Shown: piece after piece, positions 6,103-13,666 of the stretch
Position numbering within the stretch: position 1 is the first letter of the stretch
How the letters are laid out: each line of letters opens with the position of its first letter
DNA from: Sphingobacteriia bacterium RIFOXYC2_FULL_35_18
GTDB lineage: Bacteria > Bacteroidota > Bacteroidia > Chitinophagales > Chitinophagaceae
Reading direction: 5' to 3'
Assembly (NCBI GenBank): GCA_001829005.1
Contig: MIAG01000001.1
Coordinates: forward strand, 709,007 to 773,006
Length of the DNA: 64,000 nt
Program-made: the position numbers and the translations under genes
Notes under the pieces: model-generated
Told to the model about the DNA's origin: nothing
The model's input: the letters and a program-made list of their open reading frames with translations, nothing else
Databases searched by the model: none

Positions 6103-8391
6103 GTGAAAACATATATTAACTCAAGCTTTATTAAACAAAACTTCTTTTTCTACCCTCAACAAAACCAAATGGACTGCGGTCCTACTTGTTTGTATATGAT
6201 AAGTAGGTATTATGGTCGTGTGTTTGCATTAGAGAAGCTAAGGGAGTTAACAGAGATAGGTAAGGAGGGTGTTAATTTATTAGGTATTAGTGATGCTGCT
6301 GAAAAGATAGGTTTTCAAACATCTGGGTTAAAGTTAAGTTTTGAAAAATTAATTGAAGAAGCGCCAAAACCCGCAATACTGCATTGGGGGCAAAACCATT
6401 TCATTGTTTTACCACCACAAAAGAGGGCTTTTTTTTCAAAGCCAAAAAACATAATAATAGCTGATCCCGCTAAAGGGATTATTACCATCAGCAAAGAGCT
6501 GTTCTTACAAAAATGGATAAGTGATAAAAATGAGGATGGGGAGTCTACCGGTATTGCCTTAATTCTAGAGCCTGGACAAAACTTTTATAATGCCAATTAC
6601 GGGCATGATTTTAAAGAGTTAACAAACAACCATGCTAACCAACTTTGGGGTTATATAAAGCCACATAAAAAACTGGTATTCCAACTTTTCTTAGGGGTCA
6701 TGCTGGGTAGTTTATTGCAATTGGTATTTCCTTTTCTCACACAAAGTGTAGTTGATGTTGGTATCAACACTCAAAATATTCAATTTGTATATATTGTTTT
6801 ATTAGCTCAACTGGCTTTGTTTATTGGGCGTTTGGGAGTAGAATTTATTCGCAGTTGGATTTTATACCATATCAGTAGTCGAATCAATATTTCTATTCTT
6901 ACGGGTTTTTTGATAAAGCTGATGAAATTGCCATTGGCTTATTTTGATAGCAAAAAAACAGGGGATATTCTTCAAAGAATGAATGACCATAAACGCATTC
7001 AAAATTTCTTGACTGGAACTTCACTTAGTACTTTGTTTTCTCTATTCAATTTATTGGTTTTTTCTGTTGTGTTGCTTAATTATAGTGTACTCATTTTTGG
7101 TGTTTTTACAGCTGCTAGTGTGCTATACATTTTATGGATTTTAATCTTCTTAAAGAAAAGAAAAGAGCTTGATTACCAGCAGTTTGATATTGCTGCTGCA
7201 GAACAGAGCAGTACCATTCAATTGGTACAAGGTATGCAGGAGATTAAGTTGCATGGTAGTGAAAAACAACAAAGATGGCAATGGGAACATTTACAAGCAT
7301 CACTATTTAGGGTAGGAATGAAAGGGCTTGCATTAAATCAATGGCAACAAGCGGGTGCTTTCTTTATTAACGAGGGCAAAAATATATTCATCACATTTGT
7401 GGCAGCAACAGCAGTGATCCAAGGACAAATAACCCTTGGCGCAATGCTTGCAATTCAATATATCATTGGGCAATTAAACTCCCCAATTGAGCAAATGATT
7501 GGGTTCGTTCAAAATTGGCAATTGGCTAAAATTAGTCTGGAAAGATTGAATGAAATACATCAATTGGCCGATGAAGAACAGTTCAATTTGAACAGTGATG
7601 CTTCTTCAGCCTTGGTTACAGAGTTGCCTCAAAACCGATCTATACACCTTCAAAATATCAGCTTTACCTATCCAGGCGCTGGTAATGAGCCTGTACTTAA
7701 AAATATTTCCATGCAAATACCACAAGGAAAAGTAACAGCGATTGTAGGGTCTAGTGGCAGTGGTAAAACCACCTTACTAAAATTATTGCTCAAATTTTAT
7801 GAAGCGAAGTCTGGGGATATATATATTGGTGATCAGGCAGAATCAGCAGGTTTAAATTTGTCAAATATTAGCCATCGTGCTTGGCGTAAACAGTGTGGTG
7901 TAGTAATGCAAGACAGCTTTATTTTTTCTGATAGTATTGCTAAAAATATAGCTGTTGGGGAAGATTATCCCGATAAGGCAAGGTTAAGATATGCTGCAAA
8001 AATTGCCAATATCACTTCGTTTATCGAAAGTTTACCACTGGGTTATAATACCAAAATTGGTGCAGAAGGCACGGGGGTAAGTGCAGGGCAAAGACAAAGG
8101 ATCTTAATTGCTAGAGCTGTTTACAAAAACCCGGATCTAATTTTATTAGATGAAGCTACCAACGCATTAGATTCTAATAATGAAAGTACTATTTTAAAAA
8201 ACTTAAACTTGTTTTTTGAAGGTAAAACAGTTGTAGTGGTAGCACACCGCTTAAGCACTGTTCGTAATGCTGACCAAATAGTGGTATTACACAATGGGGT
8301 GATTACCGAGCAAGGTACACATGCTAAATTAACAGCAATGAAGGGTGAATATTTTACTTTGGTTAAAAATCAATTAGAATTAGGTGATTAA
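6103..8391 (+). CDS. Peptidase C39 domain-containing bacteriocin-type ABC exporter
   Basis: GTG start. C39 motifs QMDCGPTCLYM and NHFIVL. A six-helix membrane domain. Walker A GSSGSGKTT, signature VSAGQRQR and Walker B LILLDEAT. Confidence 0.93.
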   Translation: MKTYINSSFIKQNFFFYPQQNQMDCGPTCLYMISRYYGRVFALEKLRELTEIGKEGVNLLGISDAAEKIGFQTSGLKLSFEKLIEEAPKPAILHWGQNHFIVLPPQKRAFFSKPKNIIIADPAKGIITISKELFLQKWISDKNEDGESTGIALILEPGQNFYNANYGHDFKELTNNHANQLWGYIKPHKKLVFQLFLGVMLGSLLQLVFPFLTQSVVDVGINTQNIQFVYIVLLAQLALFIGRLGVEFIRSWILYHISSRINISILTGFLIKLMKLPLAYFDSKKTGDILQRMNDHKRIQNFLTGTSLSTLFSLFNLLVFSVVLLNYSVLIFGVFTAASVLYILWILIFLKKRKELDYQQFDIAAAEQSSTIQLVQGMQEIKLHGSEKQQRWQWEHLQASLFRVGMKGLALNQWQQAGAFFINEGKNIFITFVAATAVIQGQITLGAMLAIQYIIGQLNSPIEQMIGFVQNWQLAKISLERLNEIHQLADEEQFNLNSDASSALVTELPQNRSIHLQNISFTYPGAGNEPVLKNISMQIPQGKVTAIVGSSGSGKTTLLKLLLKFYEAKSGDIYIGDQAESAGLNLSNISHRAWRKQCGVVMQDSFIFSDSIAKNIAVGEDYPDKARLRYAAKIANITSFIESLPLGYNTKIGAEGTGVSAGQRQRILIARAVYKNPDLILLDEATNALDSNNESTILKNLNLFFEGKTVVVVAHRLSTVRNADQIVVLHNGVITEQGTHAKLTAMKGEYFTLVKNQLELGD

Positions 8392-8400
8392 AGACGAATT

Positions 8401-9738
8401 ATGCCTCAACAAGAAGAATCATATAGTTTAGATGCAATGCTCGAAGCGGCTAATATTGAACGGTTAGATGAGGCAGATCGTATTTATAGCCATGAGGTTC
8501 GCGAAATCATTAGCAGTAAACCTGTATGGATAGTAAGAAATGGCATTGCAATGTTTTTTGGCATTATTGGTTTGTTATTTACGTTAACTTTTTTTATTCA
8601 ATACCCAGATATCGTTAAAGCACCTGTAAAAATTGTTGGGGATAATTTGCCAAAACAAATTATTAGTAAATCTGAAGGACGAATTGTTTATTTAAATGCA
8701 CTTGAAAATAAAAAAGTAATTGTTGGTGACGTTTTAGCCATTTTACAAAGTAATGCAGATTACAAACAAGTGCTGTTGTTTAAAAAATGGATTGATCAAA
8801 CTGAACTTGATTTAAAAGGAAATAATTGGAATGCGATTAGCCAGTTAGCAACACTCAATCAATTGGGAGATTTACAAAAAAATTATCAAGATATTGCCCA
8901 ACAAATCTATCAACTCTCTTGGGCAAAGACTAAAGGGTACTTTAACCAAAAACGTGATGCCATTGCTCAAGACATTAGGCTGATTAATCTGTCTAAGGAG
9001 AACGCGAATAATCAAAAGCAATTGATTCTTCAAGATTTAGCAATGCAACAAGGAGTATTGGACATTAATGAAAAACTGGCTAATGAAAAAGTGATTGCAC
9101 CGCTTGATTTAATTAAGGATAAATCAACCGTATTATCTAAGAAACAACAATTAGTTCAAGTTGATGCTGCGGATATTAATCAGTCTGCTAATATTGTTGC
9201 CAAACAAAAAGAATTATTGGAAATTGAAAAGCTAAATGCGGATATCCAACAAAACTTTATTGCAGCTCTCTTTAATGCCAAAAGTGCATTGACCGAATGG
9301 TCAAATCGATACATATTAGTTGCCAGTGAAACAGGTACTTTACAATTTGCCAGTTACTTTCAAGAGAATAGTTGGATCAAAACGGGTCAAGAGCTCTTTT
9401 ATATTATTCCGAAACAACCCACCTATTTTGCAGAGCTGATTGCATCCCAACAGAATTTTGGCAAATTAAAGCAAGGTCAACAGGTGAATATTGCACTTAA
9501 TAGTTATCAACGAAATGAATTTGGTGTGTTACAAGGAACTATCATTAATATTCCGCAAGTTCCCTATAAAGACACTAGTTTCTTAATTAAGGTTAAGCTA
9601 ACTAAAGGTTTGCAAACAAATTATCAAAAGCCCATCCATTTTAGTAATAGTTTGACTGGCACTGCAGATGTCATTACAGCGGAAGCTAGTTTAGCCGATC
9701 GGTTATTGTATCAATGGAGGGGTTTGTTTGCAAGATAA
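8401..9738 (+). CDS. HlyD-family secretion adaptor (membrane fusion protein)
   Basis: Single N-terminal TM helix, a long coiled-coil middle region and a C-terminal beta domain. It lies directly after the ABC exporter gene (9-nt gap). Confidence 0.85.
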   Translation: MPQQEESYSLDAMLEAANIERLDEADRIYSHEVREIISSKPVWIVRNGIAMFFGIIGLLFTLTFFIQYPDIVKAPVKIVGDNLPKQIISKSEGRIVYLNALENKKVIVGDVLAILQSNADYKQVLLFKKWIDQTELDLKGNNWNAISQLATLNQLGDLQKNYQDIAQQIYQLSWAKTKGYFNQKRDAIAQDIRLINLSKENANNQKQLILQDLAMQQGVLDINEKLANEKVIAPLDLIKDKSTVLSKKQQLVQVDAADINQSANIVAKQKELLEIEKLNADIQQNFIAALFNAKSALTEWSNRYILVASETGTLQFASYFQENSWIKTGQELFYIIPKQPTYFAELIASQQNFGKLKQGQQVNIALNSYQRNEFGVLQGTIINIPQVPYKDTSFLIKVKLTKGLQTNYQKPIHFSNSLTGTADVITAEASLADRLLYQWRGLFAR

Positions 9739-9742
9739 TTTT

Positions 9743-9774
9743 CGGGGGGTAAAAATACCCCCCGGTATTATTTT
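9743..9774 (+). terminator. Rho-independent terminator CGGGGGGTA-AAAA-TACCCCCCG plus T-rich tail
   Basis: Begins 4 nt after the HlyD stop. It is the same element as at 2675. Confidence 0.7.
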
Positions 9775-9791
9775 GGGCTTGATATTAGAAT

Positions 9792-10382
9792 ATGTATGTT
9801 CACGGTATGAACTTATCTATAAAATGGTATATTTTTTTTATTCTTTGTTCCTTCGTAGTTAAAAATTCTTTTTCTCAACAACAATACGAGAATAAAAAAA
9901 TAAAATTTATTGAATCAGTAACTGAATATTCAACTCTGGAAGAATTTTTGTCAAGACCAATTTATAAAGATAAAATTGTTTACATCGATCTTTGGGGTAC
10001 CACTTGTTTACCTTGCCTCAGAGAATTTAAGTATATGAACACATTAAAGAAAAAGCTAAAAAATTATGATATTAGTTTCCTCTTTATATGTCAGAATACC
10101 CAAGGTGATACCAATAATGAGTGGAAACGAAAATGGAAATCAATAGTGAATAAATATCAGTTAGAAGGTACACATATATATACCTACTTAAAACCCCCTG
10201 ATAAATTCGTGCATGAAAAAATTGACTTTGAGTACATGAAAAAAAATATTAATGAACCGTTAGGTTATGGTATACCAAGGTATCTCATTGCCAAAGGCGG
10301 GAAAATATTAATCTATAATGCATACAAGCCTAGTGATGTTTTTAAATTAACACACCAAATAGATTCATTAAATCTTTTTTAA
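9792..10382 (+). CDS. Secreted small TlpA/redoxin-like thioredoxin-fold protein
   Basis: Signal-like MNLSIKWYIFFILCSFVVKNSFSQ (an alternative start at 9807 is plausible). Active site LWGTTCLPC and cis-Pro loop GIPRYLI. Confidence 0.8.
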   Translation: MYVHGMNLSIKWYIFFILCSFVVKNSFSQQQYENKKIKFIESVTEYSTLEEFLSRPIYKDKIVYIDLWGTTCLPCLREFKYMNTLKKKLKNYDISFLFICQNTQGDTNNEWKRKWKSIVNKYQLEGTHIYTYLKPPDKFVHEKIDFEYMKKNINEPLGYGIPRYLIAKGGKILIYNAYKPSDVFKLTHQIDSLNLF

Positions 10383-10399
10383 AAATCAATTTAAGTAAA

Positions 10400-10636
10400 A
10401 TGAAACAAAACTTATCAAAAATCGGAAATGCCCTTTCAAGGCAAATGCAAAAAAGTATTGTAGGTGGTATTGAGTCTGGTTCATGGTTATGTACATTTAC
10501 ATACACAAATGGCTTAACATTGACTCAGGTTTTTACTGAGCCAAATGGAAATGCAGCTCAATGTGCGGCTGATTATGTTTGTTGGTCTGATAATACTTGC
10601 ACAAATGCTGATTGTGCTGGTTCTGGCGAGTGTTAA
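10400..10636 (+). CDS. Double-glycine-leader Cys-rich peptide precursor P3 (78 aa)
   Basis: MKQNLSKIGNALSRQMQKSIVGG/IESGSWLCTFTYTNGLTLTQVFTEPNGNAAQCAADYVCWSDNTCTNADCAGSGEC. The leader is 23 aa and the core has 6 Cys. Confidence 0.85.
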   Translation: MKQNLSKIGNALSRQMQKSIVGGIESGSWLCTFTYTNGLTLTQVFTEPNGNAAQCAADYVCWSDNTCTNADCAGSGEC

Positions 10637-10660
10637 AATCTAATCATTGTCAAAAAAATA

Positions 10661-11143
10661 ATGCAAACAAAGCAGGGACACCATAATAGTACCTATATTC
10701 GGAAATACTATACTGTAAAATCCCGCAATCGTTTGTGTTGTTTTTTTGAGAAGCGGTATGTTGTCAAAAGCATATTTGCTTTATTGTGCTTCTACTTTTT
10801 TAGTTGCCGTTCAAGCCAATACAAAAAAGACTATATCAATAAAAGAGGTGAACGAGTTTTTACTGATTACAATAATAATCGTACAATTATATTTTCAGGC
10901 GAAGCTGCAAAATTAAATGCCATACTACGGAAAGATCAATTTCTTGATACTGTTTCCTTTCGGGAATTGAAAAAAAGAATCAATGTATACGAACGATTTA
11001 TTGCTTTACATCCTGACTCAATTATTGTAAGACAAACTGACTTTCCTCAGAAATTAACTCAGATTGACTCGTTTTATGTAAACAAGTATAAAATAAAGTA
11101 CTTAAAACGAAATAAGATTACATCTCCAAATATTCATTTCTAA
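10661..11143 (+). CDS. Hypothetical protein (possible membrane-anchored or lipoprotein; start uncertain)
   Basis: 160-aa ORF with a hydrophobic segment SIFALLCFYFFSC near the N-terminus. I recognise no family. Confidence 0.45.
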   Translation: MQTKQGHHNSTYIRKYYTVKSRNRLCCFFEKRYVVKSIFALLCFYFFSCRSSQYKKDYINKRGERVFTDYNNNRTIIFSGEAAKLNAILRKDQFLDTVSFRELKKRINVYERFIALHPDSIIVRQTDFPQKLTQIDSFYVNKYKIKYLKRNKITSPNIHF

Positions 11144-11177
11144 GTTCAAATAAATAGTGCCTGCGTGAAAAACTTTT

Positions 11178-12398
11178 ATGTTAAAAACGATAATTAGCAA
11201 ATTAAGAATTAGTATTATAACTTCAGTTCTCTTGCTAATTAATTCAGTATTCCTTCAATTAGCTGTAAAGGGAAATCCTATCAATGTATACAATAATTCA
11301 CTTTTGAATAAAAATTGTGTATCACAGGATAGTCTTATTTATTTTAAAATCATTGATTCTATTTCAAAGGAAACTATTCCATTTGCAACAATCATTTTTA
11401 TTGAGAATGACACAAATAAAATGTCTATTGTTTCAAATGAAGATGGCTCATTTTCTATTCCCAATTCAAGCTTCCCCAAAAAGGTAAAAATTTCTGCAGT
11501 TGGTTATGAAGAACAACTGTTTTATTTGTTTCATGTTAATCGGTTGCTTTTGAAGCCATTAAAGAGCTTATTACCTGAAATTATCGTTAGAAGTAAGGCA
11601 ATGAAATCAAGGAGCGCAAACGCAATAATTAAACAGGTAGCTAATCGCTTTGAGGATAACTATGGCAATTTTTCTTTTAGTCAAAATTTAAAATTTTCCT
11701 CAGTAATTTATAATTACGACACTTTAAAAGAAAAGGCTGAAGAATTTGTAAAGGTATATTATCGAAATGCTGATAAAAGCATGAAATCTCCAAATTGGAT
11801 TAAAGACACTTTATATCAGGATAAACTTTTCACCAATTTTATTGGAGTTTCCCGATTATGTACAGGTGATATTATTCCATGGTTTGATATGCTGCGAAAA
11901 GGGTTGCCAATTGACGGAAATAATAATAAAGGATTAGACTTTAAACTTATTTCCAAATACAAGGATGAAAAATATGGTCTTGTTTATATTGTAAGTTTCA
12001 TGCCAAATAAATCTTTTAAAGATTCATTTTTAGGTCGAACTGTTGGAGGATTAGCAAGAGGATACCTGAAAGGAGAAATCAGGATAAGAGAATTAGATTA
12101 TTCAATTATTAGATTGAAGTATGTCTGGGAAATGAAAGTTGAATCTCTCAATAGAGGTACAACCAATTTATTTCATACTAAAACATGGAAAGCAAATCGT
12201 GTTACAAAAATGATATCAGATAAAATATTTTACAAGTATGATTATATGTATTATAAGGATGTTCATACTGGTAAATACTTTATTGACTCAATCAATGCGG
12301 AATGCTTTAATTCAGGATATCAAATCGAAACTAATCGCAACTTACTTTTAAACATAAAATTTAATGTTAGTAATAATGGAATTGAGATAGATAAATAA
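11178..12398 (+). CDS. Hypothetical secreted/membrane protein with a carboxypeptidase-regulatory-like (CarboxypepD_reg) beta-sandwich domain
   Basis: N-terminal hydrophobic helix. The segment FKIIDSISKETIPFATIIF...DGSFSIP...ISAVGYEE is typical of CarboxypepD_reg domains. Confidence 0.6.
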   Translation: MLKTIISKLRISIITSVLLLINSVFLQLAVKGNPINVYNNSLLNKNCVSQDSLIYFKIIDSISKETIPFATIIFIENDTNKMSIVSNEDGSFSIPNSSFPKKVKISAVGYEEQLFYLFHVNRLLLKPLKSLLPEIIVRSKAMKSRSANAIIKQVANRFEDNYGNFSFSQNLKFSSVIYNYDTLKEKAEEFVKVYYRNADKSMKSPNWIKDTLYQDKLFTNFIGVSRLCTGDIIPWFDMLRKGLPIDGNNNKGLDFKLISKYKDEKYGLVYIVSFMPNKSFKDSFLGRTVGGLARGYLKGEIRIRELDYSIIRLKYVWEMKVESLNRGTTNLFHTKTWKANRVTKMISDKIFYKYDYMYYKDVHTGKYFIDSINAECFNSGYQIETNRNLLLNIKFNVSNNGIEIDK

Positions 12399-12414
12399 GC
12401 CTAAAACCATAATT

Positions 12415-13605
12415 TTAATACATAAACCCAAATAGCCATAACGGAATTTTGGTTCCAATTCCTATTTCAATTTCATCTGCTACAATGATGTGTTTTTCAG
12501 TTGCTTTCACTTGTTTAGCCGTTTTATTTTTTCCGCCTACTTCTATATGATAGCCTTCTGTCAAGAAATCACCTTCTTTAGGCGCAGATACAACCAAACC
12601 AGCATTTTGCAATTGATTAAAGAGAAATGTCTCCCTTAAATTACCTATATCTGGGGAACTCGTTAATGCGTATGATAGATTCGTATTCTCTAAATAGATC
12701 TTTTCCGGTTTTTGCAAAGTTGAAATTCCTTTCCCCGAGGCTTGTAAGGTGTTGATTATTCTTGCCTGTGTTAGTTGAGATATATAAGTATAAAGACTGT
12801 CTCTACTTATGTCTAATTTTTGCGCTAATGCACTAATATTTGGTTTGAATGGAATCGACTCTGCAATTACAGCAATTAATTTTTTCACTTTTAGCGCAGT
12901 GCCTGGTCCATAAGATGCAATAAATGCTAAATCTGTTTCAATTACTGCATTGATGATTTGATTCAGCTTTATAGGATATTCTTTTTCACCTTCCGCTGTA
13001 ATGGGCAAATAACCATACTGTAAATATTTTTTGAATAGCGGTAGGGGGTGTAGGTCTTCTGTTATTTTAACTGCTATTTGGTGATGATTTTTTAGTAAGT
13101 CTTTAAACGAATAAGCTTTTAATTTTTGTTGTGTTGAAAACTCTATGAACTCTCTAAATGATAATCCTGCTAAACTATAATGAATCACTCTTCTGCTTAA
13201 ATCGGCTTCTCCTCTATATATATCTAGTGCACTTGAGGCGGAGAATATTATTTTTAAATCGGCAAACCCATCATAAATATTTTTTAATTCTCTTGACCAA
13301 TTCGGATACTTATGAACTTCGTCAATTATTAAAATACGCCCTCCCAATTTATACCAATCTTCTGCAGTTTCTAGTAAAGAGTGATTATAAAACCATGTAT
13401 GATCTGCTGTTACATACAGCGCATTTGCTGGTTGTTTTAAATCAAATTTTAAATATTGTAGTAATAAGGTTGTTTTGCCAGAACCCCTTGGGCCTTTAAT
13501 ACCAATCATTCGTTGGTTCCAATTAATATTGGCATGTAGGTACCTGCGAAAATTATTGTGAATGCCTTTTAATAAGCCAGCCTGAAAACTAAATAGGGTT
13601 TCCAT
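12415..13605 (-). CDS. AAA-family ATPase (AAA_14/DUF4143-type ATP-binding protein)
   Basis: Walker A GPRGSGKTTLL and Walker B ILIIDEVH. The size and C-terminal region are typical of DUF4143 proteins. Confidence 0.8.
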   Translation of the reverse strand: METLFSFQAGLLKGIHNNFRRYLHANINWNQRMIGIKGPRGSGKTTLLLQYLKFDLKQPANALYVTADHTWFYNHSLLETAEDWYKLGGRILIIDEVHKYPNWSRELKNIYDGFADLKIIFSASSALDIYRGEADLSRRVIHYSLAGLSFREFIEFSTQQKLKAYSFKDLLKNHHQIAVKITEDLHPLPLFKKYLQYGYLPITAEGEKEYPIKLNQIINAVIETDLAFIASYGPGTALKVKKLIAVIAESIPFKPNISALAQKLDISRDSLYTYISQLTQARIINTLQASGKGISTLQKPEKIYLENTNLSYALTSSPDIGNLRETFLFNQLQNAGLVVSAPKEGDFLTEGYHIEVGGKNKTAKQVKATEKHIIVADEIEIGIGTKIPLWLFGFMY

Positions 13606-13608
13606 AAA

Positions 13609-13659
13609 TGTCGTTTGTATTCGACAAATATACTATTAAAATGTCGAATACAAACGACA
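13609..13659. repeat. Perfect 18-bp inverted repeat with a 15-nt spacer (probable metH terminator, or an operator of the ATPase gene)
   Basis: TGTCGTTTGTATTCGACA (13609..13626) and TGTCGAATACAAACGACA (13642..13659). It fills the gap between the metH stop and the ATPase start. Confidence 0.6.
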
Positions 13660-13666
13660 AAAATTC

